Source: Phallusia mammillata
Lineage: Eukaryota
Reading direction: 5' to 3'
Length of the DNA: 64,000 bases
NCBI GenBank assembly: GCA_965637545.1
Contig: OZ281496.1
Span: 16,306,001-16,370,000 of the forward strand
The position numbers and the translations under genes are program-made. Positions 25,960-38,999 of the stretch are shown piece by piece. Numbering within the stretch: the first letter of the stretch is position 1; each line of letters starts with the position of its first letter. The notes beneath the pieces were generated by a model. It was not told where the DNA came from. It saw nothing but the letters and a program-made list of their open reading frames with translations, and made no database searches.

Positions 25960-27550
25960 TATCGCTGGTGTGGCGCTTTTTTTGGTACACACATATCCAG
26001 AAATTTGAACATATGCGTCTGGATGCACATAAAGTTGTTGTTTCGTTTTACCATAAAGGTGATGGTGTCGGTTCGGGGAAGCTATGAGAGGAACCATCGC
26101 TTTATCAGGTTTGTTTTGCACCGTTGAAGCTGATCACTGGTAAAATGGTAAGGTTAGTGACAAGGCGCGCGCGGAGTATCACCAGAGGGTGCCTGCCAAC
26201 TTATCGACTCACGTTTGCATGATTCAGCCAGAAGTTTGTCCAAATCGTCAAAAATCCCCTGGAAGCGTTCCATCATTGCTTCCCGTGACGCTTTCTGCAC
26301 TCGCACGAGATGGGAAAGTAAGCGGTGGACGAGTTTCGCAGCATCCTCATCCGTGACGAAGCACTGGGCCTCAACATTAGAAACAAAAGGAAACGTTCAG
26401 GGGAAGGTGCTCGGCGTGCCAGGTCGTCTTGGACGCGTTGGCAGGGAGATTCTCCGTTGTGAAGTACGCCTCAAGGTCGAATGTGGTGTCGAAAGGGGAA
26501 AAAAACGAAGGGGTGTGGGGACGTCTATGCCGGCCTCGTCAATGGCATCCATTACTGACATAGGTGTGGAATACAACCGCCAACATAAACGTTTTTAACC
26601 AAACTTTTGCAGTTGTTTTCGTGTTCGCTGCACTTGGACAACTTGCCAAAGTGTTTTCTGCAGGTCTTGCACACAAACCCCGAGGCGAAAATGTCCAAAT
26701 TTTCAATGTAACTAAAATGCTCCTTGAATAGAGGTAAATCAAGGATTCGCGGTTCGTTGAATGCGCGGCGTCGCACACTCCACGACTTTAGTACGCAGCC
26801 GTTCCGGGGAGCGTCGGCCGCCAAACGAAAAACATTGATACTAAGCTGGAACAGCTCCTCGATGACAGGCAGTTTCACCAGTTTTACGCCGGGAAAAGTG
26901 TCAGGGTTGACATCGACCGCCAGGCAATATTGCTGACAGAAGCCCGCCGCATTCGCTTCCATCGTTTCTGGACTGGAGCCACGAAACAGGGCTAGGCAGC
27001 GGAAAAAACACAGGTTGACCTTAATCATCCGCCCTCGGACCGTCCTGTGAAGCGGCACCAAGCCACGATTCTGCAATAAGTGGATCGGGAGCTTCTCAGC
27101 TTGCCCGATAAACGGTCCGTCCACATAACAACAAAAAAATGTGACGTTGGTGATCGCTTCCACCACCCACGCCGATTCCTCGCGCTGAAGTATAATAAGC
27201 CACTCCAAGCAATCTCGCTCAGCAACCTGCTCGAGAAAGGCCTGGAGCTCGTCGAGGGAGCGAATCAACAGCGGGCCGTCGAACAAATGGAAGTTATTGT
27301 CTGATGTGTTGAAGTACGGCCTTTCACCCGTGATCCGTCGCAAGACAAATCCGAAACCCGCTTTAAAGTGAACGGCCCGGGAGCGCACAGCCATGATGTC
27401 CTGTGCCACAGGGTTGGTGCGCCAGTCCTGCGGCAATCGGTAGTTAAACGCGTCGCTGACCTAGATCCTGGTGCGTTTGTATCGCGTCCAAACGTTCCGC
27501 GATGATGCCACTAGCGTTCGTATCGCCTCCCCGCTGATTTGGTCGAGATC
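25960..27550 (-). pseudogene. Polinton/Maverick(adintovirus)-type protein-primed DNA polymerase B, N-terminal and exonuclease part
   Basis: FKAGFGFVLR, ITNVTFF, NLCFFRCLALFRG, EHFSYI, CxxC..HE..C, RFFPF..TFDLEAYF (ExoI-like), LPVISFNGAK (ExoII-like), VKRNNNFMCIQT..KFLD; clearly more GC-rich than the flanks. Confidence 0.8.
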
Positions 27551-27749
27551 TGAGATACAAAAAAACGTCTATTAATAGCATCAAGGTCGTCAAGAAATAT
27601 GACAAATCTGCTTTTAGTGTACTTACCAACAACAGCAAATATCGCACAGGCTCGGTTCTGCGTTTCCAACGCACGAATATCAGACTCGTTTAGGTACTCT
27701 TTATGTTCAATTTCGGAAACGGTCAAGAAGGCAGACGTGAGCCAACAAC

Positions 27750-29950
27750 GGTGAACGCCTGTAACAGTCGGACGATATTATCAAAGTCACAAAGTAATCC
27801 GACACATCGGCTGTTACGTTACTTACCAAAAACCACAGACGGCACACAAGATTGCTTGGTTTCTTTCCCACCTACGAATATCCCATTCGCTTGCCTCAGC
27901 ACGTTGGACAAGCTGGGAAAAGGTTTACTGCCTAGAAAACATGGATATTTTCAGTAACGAGTGCTTCGGTAATGTCGAGCGCAAAAAAAATCTGAAAGCA
28001 TACCTTAGGCTCGATGGCTTTCCACCGTCTTCAGCTGACAGCTGATGCTCTTGAATCAGTGAAGCTAAAACACCAACGTCTTCATGCGAAAATCTTATGG
28101 CCAGGCAAAAAATTGGCTATCTGAAGAAGGCACCAATTTGGATCATCATGTGGAGCTATATGGAAGTATGTTGCACAAAGTGATTGTTTGAGCAGCTAAA
28201 GATTTAATTTTTTGCAACTACTGTAATTCATCATTTTTGCAAATAAGAAGTTAAGTGGCAGCTTATAACGTGACTGGTTCAGCTTATGGCCATCTGCATT
28301 AATAATTATTTGATACAAAGGTGATGGCCGGTCCGTATTTTCATAGCCATGCAAATCCATTTCTGCCACTTGCCATTAAACCAGGCAAATGTGAATAATT
28401 GCATTTTATCGACGAACTTCCGTAGAGCAAACTTAATTTTAAAAGGTACAACACCCTCATACACCACATGCATTAAATCATGTGGCAAGCACTGACACAA
28501 ATCAAAGTACTTTACATCATTTAAAATGGAAAGTCTGTTCACTCCCAAAAATTTGCCAGTACGTTGAGGCACTTAGTACTCAGTGATGCAATGCTGGATA
28601 TGATTAGTAACATTTCTTGGGGTGAAATTTGTGTGACCAAACTGCAACACAAAGTATAGTTTCAGGTTTAAAATATTATTAACATTCCTAAGATGTTATA
28701 TTACCCCATTAACCATTTCATTTGATTCTGTGGCTTTTGAACAGTAACAGGTTCTGCACATCCTTGTTGCACAACCATCCCCTTCTTTAAGTCCCCCAAC
28801 AAGATTTTGGGCTGGTGTATTCTAAGAACGCTAAAAGACCACCATGAATAACTTGATTGCCATTAAATGTTTTCATTGTGACGCCATTTTCCTGACAAAA
28901 AAAAGTTAAATATGTGGTAAATAAGTTATTACGAAGTAGGTACTTTTTTAAGGTTTTTTTTAATCAATAATGCACACTTACAGATGACAAAAGATTTAGA
29001 TCATCAACAAAAGCATTAAAATCCGATCAATACCATTATTTCGCGATGTATGGAGTTTTTACTACTGCAAATAGTTGTATTGTATGGTTGACAGATCTAT
29101 ACTTGGGTCTCAACATCCAATAAAAACATCATAAACAAACATTTAAGATAGATAAGTAAAAAATTAACTGATTTGCACCATGCACATTATTTGTATGGTA
29201 CCAAGTTTGCCTAGTTGCTTTTGATCCAAGGGCATTTACAACTTTAATATCATCATAATACCCAACAACTTGTAAGGCCGTTGGATGGTTTCTAAATAAA
29301 GGGTTGCATCTGAAAAATATTTCATCACAAAAATCAGACAGTCCTTCAGTGGCTATTGTTTGATATTCGGTTTCAAACAAAACGTCTGGATTGCATAGAA
29401 GACTCTGTAATGTGTTTAACATTATTTCTTTACTTTATGACTTCACAATAACTCAATAGTCTTAAGAATGGGAATGTAATAAAAATTTTCAGGTTTCTGT
29501 TTTAAAAGACTTTTTAATAACTTTTTGGGATCTTGATTGGCAGCAATTTTTTTGTAACTCCATACGAATCGATGACCCAGATTTGTCGTTAATGGCTCCT
29601 GCAGCAAAAAAATAATTTAAACACCCTTTATTCAGTGAAGAAACAACATCATCAATGGAAGAATCATTCATAGAATGCTTGGCTTTAGCAAAATCATAAA
29701 GTTTGCAAATTATAATCAATTTTGAAAGGACTGCCTAAGATTGGTAGAATGCTTTCATCGCCACTTTGATTTGGAACCTCGTTTTTTTCGGGACTATTTG
29801 CTGGAGTTAACTGATCGATTTGCAAGTTGTGAAGTATGTAAACCCTGCGCATATTTTGTTGAAAATATAAAATTTCATTACATGCTAATAGTAAAGTTCC
29901 ACTTCCAATGTTTCATACAACAACATATTGTGAGTTGCTTCAGTTGATTG
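27750..29950 (-). pseudogene. EnSpm/CACTA (CMC) animal-type transposase remnant
   Basis: LQSLLCNPD..DFCDE..NPLF..HPTALQVVGYYDD..NALGSKA; GVNRLSIL..LPHDLMHVVYEGV; LASLIQEH; many stops and frameshifts. Confidence 0.75.
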
Positions 29951-29994
29951 TTTGTTGGTTGTCAAAAAAAAATACACTAACAAAGATTGATCAA

Positions 29995-30295
29995 TTAATC
30001 AATCAATGCTCAGGACTTGGCGTCCCCTCGCTTTGATGGGCACAAGGTACTTTTTTCTTATCGCATCCCTCTCTAGCGTCAGAAGAGGAACTCCTCACTG
30101 CTGTCCTTCTCTTTGGTGGGCGTCCTCTTCTTCTGCCTCTACCGAAGTTTTGCTTATAGCTGGAATTTATAAGCTCACTGCTTCTGGCAACATGCCCGAA
30201 CCTTTGAAGTCCTTGCCGACACCACATCTTGTCATCCCCAGCGTGTTTCGAACGTGCTCATTGCTAAGTCTGTCACTCTCAAGGTTGTTCTGAGG
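29995..30295 (-). mobile_element. RTE-clade LINE 3' end
   Basis: NEHVRNTLGM..RFGHVARS..GRGRRRGRPPKR C-terminus followed by an ATTG/GATT microsatellite-like tail. Confidence 0.75.
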
Positions 30296-30429
30296 CATTT
30301 CATTTGAAAGATTTATATTTTTAAATACAAAAATTGCGATCAAAACAGACATAGACATGCCGTTAAAGAAAAAAAAGTTCGAAATCAACCAACCGTTAAG
30401 GCGGGAACGCGCGAAATATTTTCGCTTCT

Positions 30430-32129
30430 TTATTTGAGACTTTGAAGAGCCATAAGTAAACAGCGCTTAGCGCTTTCACCTTTCGTTAATATGTGCACTA
30501 TTCGAATACACACCTACGTGCACTGATTATTACGGTTGAGTTTGATTGGTTTACTTTATCACTTATATTTATATATTATTGTTGAGTTTGATTGGTTTAC
30601 TTTATCACTTATACTTTCACTTTTTGGCCTTATTTGTTTTGCACTGTAGTAGTTGATTTTTCGTCGTTTCTATGGTAGAAGACCATGCTTGGAGTTCAAG
30701 GGCCTGCCCTATTCAGAAACGGAGTGCACAGATGACTTAGTCATCTCTGCTGTGAAGAGGTTAGGGATTACCATCACCACACCTGACATTAGCATCTCTC
30801 ACCGACTTAGGAGAGCTTCTAAAGATCATCCCCGCCCGGCTATCATTGCCAAATTCATGAGCCGGAAGGTGAGAGATGCAATTTACTCCAACCGGTACAA
30901 ACTAAAACAATCGAACAAAAGGCGTAGCCCCTGAGAATCAAATTTTCATTAATGAGAGCTTGACAAAGAAGAACCGTGAGAGATTTAATAGCGGTCTCCG
31001 GTTTAAAAGGGAGCACCAATTTCATCACATCTGGACAAGCAATGGAGCGACATTTCTGAAGAAGGATCACAACAGCATCATTGCCATCCACAGCGACATA
31101 GATTTGGTAAGGCATAAGATGTGTTAATACTTGTAGTATGCAAACCCCAGAACTTATTATCACTTCTCTTTCACATGAAATGCAAAATATGTACAAGTAA
31201 TCTCCACAATAACACCCCATACTTTTACCATTTAGCAATGTCAGTAACTCAGAGCTAATAAATGCCATTTCACCTGTAAAATCACCATATGCACCCTGTT
31301 TACTGGCAAACATTGATCACACCCATTCTGATTACTATGATTGTGCATCCTTGAACTATGCCCTGAACAAACTCAGCAACAAAGATATGTTTATAATGCA
31401 CACAGACATTCGAAGCCTACGAAAAAACAAACCTGCTTTAGAACAATTCCTGTGTGATATGGTAAGATCCCCTGACATTGTTATGATATCTGAGACCAGA
31501 ATAACCCTTATCAGCATAACCACTGCTACTGATATCATGGGATGTAACTTTCATCATACTGATACCTCACATAGTGCAGGAGGTCAGATATTGAACTTGT
31601 TTCCCCAGAAGTTGAAAGTCTTTGGTTGCAACTTAAATTGAAACAAAAAAACAGACACCCAAAACATCCATTCAAAGGGTTCCAGGATGCACTATCATCA
31701 GTTTTACATAGGCTAATATGTGGTGACTTTAACATAGATCTCATGCAATACAAAAAAGTAAAAAACATCAAAAACTTTTTAGATTATTTGCAAATTTATG
31801 ATCTTTCACCATTAATTTGTCAACCGACACGTTTAACGAACCATAGCCAAACTCTTATTGATCACTTTTACACAAACATTGTAAATATTACTTGCAAATC
31901 AGGAATCCTGACTGCAGACATTTCTGACCACCTGTCAACTTTTGTGTTACTGCATTCAACTTGTTGTGATCAAACAGAAAAATTCCAAATTAGAAATGAG
32001 ACCCTTTTTCACAGTGAAGATTTTATTTCTGACATAAAAGATACTGTTATGAACTTACCTCTATCAACTGAAACCATATTGCACAAATTCACTTTATTCA
32101 ATCATTTATTCCACAAAATACTGCAATGA
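30430..32129 (+). mobile_element. CR1/L2-group LINE 5' part (ORF1 plus endonuclease), truncated
   Basis: CLEFKGLP..ISISHRL..AIIAKF..IFINESLT..HIWTSNG; TDIRSL, ISETR, CGDFNIDL, PTRLT..TLIDHFYTN, ISDHL. Confidence 0.88.
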
Positions 32130-32130
32130 C

Positions 32131-32676
32131 ATGCACACAAGCAATTTCTGTACCCTGGAGGGCGAGCTTAAAAAGGAGATTGAAGCGCATCTTCAGATTT
32201 TAAAAGAGGAATTTGAACGGTACTTTCCGGAACTTACCACCATGGAATTGTCGGATTGGAAACTGACTCGAAATCCCTTTCGCCTCAGTGAAGACCTTGT
32301 TTGTGAAAGTTTGCAAGAAGAATTTTTGGATTTAAAATACAATTCCACAGCAAAGGATGACTTTGAAGCAATGCCTCTTACTGATTTTTGGGCAAAATAT
32401 GCGTGCGTTTATAACAATGTTGGTAACGTAGCTCTGTGCACCCTCCTTCCGTTTTCAGCAACTTATTTGTGTGAAACTGGTTTTTCTACACTTGTTAGTG
32501 TGCAGACAAAGGCTCGAAACAAACTTGACCTCACCCTTCTCACTAATAATTTTAAGTAACCGATGTTAATAATAAACAAAAATGATACCTTTTTGACTTG
32601 AATTTATTCAGAGGGGGCGTGAGATTTAATAAAAAGTTTCAAGGGGGGCGCGACCCAAAAAGTTTAAGAACCCCTG
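32131..32676 (+). mobile_element. hAT Charlie/Buster (FAM200/ZBED8-like) 3' fragment
   Basis: EFERYFP..RNPF..LQEEFLDLK..FW..LPFSATYLCETGFS; terminus AGTTTAAGAACCCCTG. Confidence 0.88.
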
Positions 32677-32679
32677 GTT

Positions 32680-34450
32680 CAATGGATTCCGTCTGCCAAA
32701 ATTTACCTTTTGCTTTTGTTTATCTTGACGATATTCTTGTGGCCAGCAAAACTTCAAGTGAGCATATTGACCATCTACGACAACTGTTCAAAAGATTAGA
32801 CAGTGCAGGTTCGGGCAGACAGAAATTGATTTTCTTGGACATCAAGTTAATGTCCATGGGGCCAAGCCCTTGCCGGAAAAAGTGGAGGCAATACGAAGAT
32901 TCAAACGCCCAACAACAATTGCAGGTTTACAGCAATTTAGTGGTATGATAAATTTTTATCATCGATTCATACCATCAGCTGCTACCACAATGTTACCCAT
33001 ATACAAAGCTCTGTCTAATAAGCCAAAGGATTTGACGTGGACAGAAAGCCTCAAAACCGCTTTTGATGAAGCGCATTGCAAAAGCTACGCTACTTAACCA
33101 CCCAGGGCTCGAGGCAAAAACCGCTTTAACTGTGGACGCTTCCCAGTTTGCTGTTGGCGCAGTTTTGGAGCAGCAAATCGACAGTCAATGGAGACCTTTG
33201 GCGTTTTTTAGCAAATGCCTACGGCCAGCTGAGCTTAAGTACAGCAACTTTGACCGCAAGCTGTTGGCATTGTATTTGGCTGTCCGCCATTTTAAATATT
33301 TTTTGGAAGGAAGATCTTTCACTGCGTACACGGACCATAAACCACTCACATTTGCCATTAATAAAGCTACAGATCCGTGGTCAGCACGTCAGCAACGACA
33401 CCTTTCATACGTTTCAGAGTTTACCACTGATATTAAACATATCGATGGTAAAAACAACCATGTTGCTGATGCACTCTCCAGGTCCTTGCTCGCAAGTGTT
33501 TCCGACTGTGTTAATTTTGATTACAAGTTATTGGCTGTAGCCCAGCAAGAAGCTCATGACGAGATGCAAGCTTACCGCACCTCTATTACTAAGCTGAAGT
33601 TCAAAGATATTGCTTACGACCATAAAGGAACTATTATTGTCTGTGATATTTCTGGCAGGAATCCTCGACCATCAGTTCCTCAAGCTTGGCGAAAACGCGT
33701 TTTTCATGCAATCCACGGACTGTCGCATCAAAGTTTGTGTGGCATGGAATGCGAAGAGATGTTAGTACATGGGCGAAGCAATGCTTGTCGTGTGAAAGGG
33801 CGAAAATTCAGCAACACATTCGCGCTCCATTGGCTGAATATCCACCCACAGCGACACGTTTCAGTCACTTGAATATAGATATAGTAGGACCGCTGCCGCA
33901 ATCACAAGGATATACCTATCTCCTTACAATTGTCGACCGTGTTACTCGATGGCCAGAAGCCATACCGATGGAGGATCAAACGACAATGACATGTGCTAGA
34001 GCCTTCATTAGCAACTGGATTGCCCGATTTGGCATTCCAGCAGATATTTCTTCAGATCGTGGGGCGCAATTCACTTCAGAACTGTGGTCAATGATGAATC
34101 AGCTTTTAGGCATTAAGCTTCATAAAACCACGGCTTTCCACGCGCAAGCAAACGGTCTCGTGGAACGATTTCATAGACACTTAAAAAGTGCTCTCACGGC
34201 CCGTATGAGCAGTTGAAATTGACTTGATGAGTTACCATGGGTACTTCTAGGAATTAGAACCATACCTAAAGAAGATTTACAAGCATCGTCCGCTCAGCTT
34301 GTATATGGTGCGCCGATACGGATACCGGGAGACATCGTTCCACTGAAGAATCCTTCGTCGGATTTAGCAACACTTCTCCCTACTCTAGAAGACACCATTT
34401 TAAAGCAGGCTCCGATGCGTATGTCCCGCCATGGTCTAAAAAAGTCAGCT
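32680..34450 (+). pseudogene. Ty3/Gypsy pol fragment (RT end, RNase H, integrase), CsRn1-like
   Basis: YLDDILV; FLGH; DASQFAVGAVL..AFFSK..YTDHKPL..VADALSR; HLNIDIVGPLP..SDRGAQFTS..NGLVERFHR; LPWVLLGIRT; frameshifts and small deletions. Confidence 0.95.
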
Positions 34451-34639
34451 ATTCCAGCTAACTTGTCAACAACCTGTTCAAAAACAAACAATGCTTCAAA
34501 CAGTTAAGATGAACATAAATTCATAACTGGGATCAGCCCTGAAGCGTCTATGCAGACCAGCGATCACGGCACACTCATATATAAATCACAGTACGCCAGG
34601 CCCATTGAAGGTGCCATACCGAATCAGCCGGTCACCAAG

Positions 34640-34790
34640 CATTCACCACCATATGGCAAGGCGTAGGCTAGAAAAATCCAGTCCCGGAAAGACTCCTGTC
34701 GTGGGTTCGAATCCCACCGCAGGCTGGATTTGGATTAGGTTTCGCGGTGTATAATTTCTCTGATTTTTCCACACGGAAGTGGACAGAAAA
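34640..34790 (+). mobile_element. tRNA-derived SINE head
   Basis: B-box GGTTCGAATCCC (34704-34715) within a T-arm GTGGG..CCCAC and an A-box-like TGGCAAGGCGTAGG; no complete cloverleaf. Confidence 0.6.
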
Positions 34791-35174
34791 TTCGAATTTG
34801 CTTATTTGATGTTAAAGGATGCTCAAATCGCGTTTTTGCGAGCTGCCATTCACGAAAAAGAATGGCGAAAGGAAACTGCATTCAATGAAGTAGGACGATG
34901 GCAAAAGATCATTAAAGAAGATTGGTATAACTGTCGAAGTAAATGCTCTTAAAAAGCGTAAGCAAGTTGCTGACAACGCTTTAAGCAAACTTGATTTCTA
35001 AGTGGAGGATGACATTTGCAAGCCGTCATGCTCAAAAGATGGTCAAGATAATGTCGATCTTGCACCCTCTCAACAACGACGACCGATTTCCACTGGTTGT
35101 CATTCACTTTCCTTTTACTGTATTATCCTCATGTTTGTCGTTCGTTTTCCTTCCACTGTATCTTCCTTATGTAT

Positions 35175-35590
35175 GTCGTTCGTGAAAATACAAAATGTAT
35201 AATTTGACACAAAAAATGCGCAGACAGACAATTGGGCATTTAACATGCCTGAAGTAGGAAGTAGGGTCGTTTTTCGTGCAAATGGAATGTTAGAAATGGT
35301 TTACAAACAAAAATACGGCATTTAAGATATCTGAAGTAGGGTCGTTTTTTGTGGAGTGCATGAAAATACAAATGAAATATTAAAAACGGTTTGAGAAACA
35401 AAAATACCAGACAGGAAACTGCGGATTTATCATACCTGAAATAGGAAGTAGGGTCGTTTTCGTGGTGTGCGTGAAAATACAAATGGAATGTTAGAAATAG
35501 TTTACAAACAAAAATACACAGACAGATGACAGGGCATTTAACTAACCTGAAGTAGGGTCGTTTTTCGTACAGAATTGCGGGGAGAAAAAG
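35175..35590. repeat. Degenerate tandem repeat, about 4 units of roughly 90-120 bp
   Basis: Recurring CCTGAAGTAGGGTCGTTTT(T)CGT and AAATGGAATGTTAGAAAT.GTTTACAAACAAAAATAC. Confidence 0.8.
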
Positions 35591-36344
35591 CTGTAAGTGG
35601 ATGATTAAACAATTATGCAATTAAGGTGTTATTGTGGTTATTTTACTTATTCTTCCAAACTGCTTAAAATTATAATTGCAAAATCGATAATGATTTTTCT
35701 CGACTTTGATGAGCAAAAACTTTTAGTATGACACCTAACTTTGTTTTGCTTTTATATTTAGGAACATTTTATGATCTTGCTACCAATAGTGGAAGTATTG
35801 AAAGTAAACTCAAAACAATGCGGTACAAGCTGCCCATACAGCAAAAAAAAACATACAAAATGCAAGGAACCCAGCGAAAATTAAGTGGGGACAGCAGTTC
35901 CTCCATGGAATCAGATTGCACTGTAGACTTAAGAGATAATGAAGAAATGCAACCCATCAAGGAGAAGGTAAAAAATTTAACCAATGTTTGCAAAAATCTG
36001 TATGCAATGTGCACTTATGCATCATATTTAAACCAATGTTTGCATGAATCTGTCTTATTCGGATTGTTTGGCTTCAGTAGAAAACATTCCACTCATACTG
36101 ATTACAGGAGGCTGGATATTCAACAGGACCATCCTTCAATATGAGATATTTTGCACAAATACCCACGTTTATCGATGTTGGTAAGGGTGAATTTGTAAGT
36201 ATGTCTTGTGTGTTTAGCTTTTAAAAAGACGGTAAGTGGTAAAGATTAGCCAATGACGCATGTATAATTGTGTTTTTTTAGCAAAACCAAATCTTGTTAA
36301 AAGTTTATTTTTCAGTAACTTTCCAAACCCTGAAACCTCCAAAA

Positions 36345-36509
36345 TTAGGCAAAGGATCATTAAAAAGTATGAAACTGAGATTGGTATAACTGCCGAAGTA
36401 AATGCTCTTAAAAAGCGTAAGGAAGTTGCTGACAACGTTTTAAGCAAAATTAATTTCGAAGTGGTGGATGACATTTGCAAGCCGTCATGCTGAAAAGATG
36501 GTCAAGATA
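36345..36509 (+). repeat. Dispersed duplicate of about 34898-35051
   Basis: Shared ATTGGTATAACTG.CGAAGTAAATGCTCTTAAAAAGCGTAAG...GATGGTCAAGATA. Confidence 0.85.
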
Positions 36510-37022
36510 GAAAGCAGGGCAATGAGGGACATTAACAGATAAACGACCATAATTAACTTATTTGCTAACATTTTTTTATTTTAACTGGTTGATTTTTAAG
36601 TTTTGACCGGAAATGAAATTATTTCAAATTTCATCTTTTTGTTATTTGTCCCCCTTTGCCCCCCTAATTGCCCCACCTTTCCCATTTTGTCACATTTTAC
36701 TTGTACTGAAGCTTTAGATTTCTATTTTTATTCTACACGCTTCTCAAGCTTAAACTGGTGGCATTCAAGACAACATGTCTACTTGCCTAGAAATCAATCT
36801 TTTGATACAATGCATCGAAAACTGAGGCTTATATTAAACAGCTGGCACAAAACAAGGTCTCTAAACATATCAAAACATTTTCTCACTACAGAAATAACAT
36901 TGGAATGAAGTTTTAATTGACAACTAAAAATCACAAAAAATATATACCGGTGCCGGTAGATCAGAACAGTGACAATTTTAAGACCGGTAGAACATAACTT
37001 CTAACTTTTCAAGGAGCATTTT

Positions 37023-38999
37023 AACAAAAATCACACACAAATTTTCCTTTGCCACTGTAACTAGAACATTTATCATGGCACCAGCATTTGCACACACTAC
37101 ATTCAATCCAGTCCTCAGTCAGTGGTTCCTGGTACAATTCAAGGCAAAAAATGCACCTTAAACTTTCATCGCATACATTTTCTTTTGGCTGGTCTGTGTT
37201 GGATTCTTGGACTTTGGATTTTGATTTTTGGTTTTGGTTTGCTTCCAGCTGCCACTAAACTGTTCTTAAATGGTGATGATGTTAAAATTTCTGATCTTTT
37301 CGCTTTTCTTTTCCGACAGGAGAGTTTAGCATGAGGCAATGGCGATATGTCTTGCACAGAAACTTTTCGTGGCGTTGCCAATGATTGCATCGAAGAACTG
37401 CAGCAAGGCTGATCATCAACCGCCGGTTGCGAAAGTTCGGCTGTGGCAGTTTAAAAAAGGTCACCAGAAGTGGATGCTTCTGCATTTGCGTTAGCCACAA
37501 CAGGGTCACTAGTTGAAGTACTGACTGGGTTTAGTGCAGCACTTTCTATCACAACTGGTAACATATCATTGCTTATTTCTGCAACACTTGGCACTTCGTT
37601 AGCTGAAGGACTTTCTAAGTTCGGTGCTTCAGTTTCCAACACATCTGATAGAGATGCAGCTTCAGAGGTTGTTCCAGCAATGATCTCTGCGACAGTTGAA
37701 GGAGCGAAGTCACTGTCACAAAAACATCTGGATTATATGGTGAGATCCCACAAGATCGAAATCCATTGGATGCTTTTTCCATCGTGGCTGCACGCACATA
37801 AGCTTTGCCTGCCAACTCAGCAACATCAAAGTCACTAACACGTTTTCCTGACCAGCCATATATTCAGAGGGCCAAAAAATGTCTTGTCCAGAGGTTGAAG
37901 TTTATGCGAACTATGTGGAGGGATTGACAGCATGATGATTCCATGTTTTCGAGCAAATTCAATTCCAGGTAGAGATAAGTGGCTGCTGTGATTATCCAAT
38001 ATAAGCAAAACCTTGTTTTCAGCAGATGAGTTGGAATGAGATTTAAAGTGAATTAACCGCTTGTGGAAAATGTCAGAATCAACCCAGCCTGATGATGAAC
38101 AAAATCCTTCTGAACCTTCAGGAGCACCTCTTATCAGGGTGTCAACCATTCGTTTCCGTGGGAAAATAAAAATGGGAGGAATGTAGTGGCCAACAGCATT
38201 CATGCAAGCTATCATTGTGATAGTCTTGCCACGCTCCGCACTTGCTTGCTTCCTTTTTGTGCCAAAATTTTTTGGGGCTTTTCGACAGAAGAGACTTCGG
38301 TTTCATCGACGTTGTAAATTCGACTTCGTGGGATCTTGTGTACCAGGAGCACCTGCTCCAGTTTATCAAAAAATGCAGACACTTGGACTTTGTTAAATCC
38401 AGTTGCCCTTGACAAGCTGGTTGCTTCAGGCTGGCGGAGACTTATGTTTGGATTTCCCATCAAAAAATAAATTTCCCAGCCAGTCTTTTCCAGCTTTCTT
38501 TTTACTGTCATTAAAACGCACTGTGATGTTGTTTGCATTGGCAAGCTCATAAGCAAGTTTACAGAGTGTGTCAGTACACAAGCCAAAAAACATCTTTTGC
38601 ATTTGCAATACATGTTCTGCAAGCTCTTTTTCCAAATTTAATGGTAAAGCAGGCACAAACGACCCCAGCTTAATTTGGCCTGGTCTTGAAACTTTTTCAT
38701 TAAAATGTCTTTCAAGAGTGCTTTTGGAAATTTTGTATGTTTCAGCAGTTTTTTTGAAAGATAATTTTTTGGAACGGATGTCATCCAAAGCTTGCTCTAA
38801 GTCTTGTTTCGAGTACTGAGCAATTGCAGTTTTACGTTTATAATTTCAAAGCTGTATGTACTCTAACCTTATAGGAATACCAGTATGGTACTGAGTAACC
38901 TATGCCTATGAACAAACTAGTCAAGGCACCTAAGTTAAGCTCAGGCTAGGACAATGTCCCGCTTTGCCCCCATCTCTCTGTCCCGATTTGCCCCCAACG
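37023..38999 (-). mobile_element. pogo-family (Tc1/mariner) transposon with frameshifted transposase and C-terminal PHD finger
   Basis: HTH-psq/CENP-B N-terminus; IYNVDET; LILDNHSSH; HKLQPLD; C-terminal CIFCLELY..WIECSVCKCWCHDKC..FVCDFC; 5' end CGTTGGGGGCAAATCGGGAC next to TA (39000-39001). Confidence 0.92.

Noticed and set aside
34640-34730. Possible tRNA gene
   Set aside because: The T-arm and B-box are present but there is no proper acceptor stem or anticodon arm; it is better explained as a SINE head.
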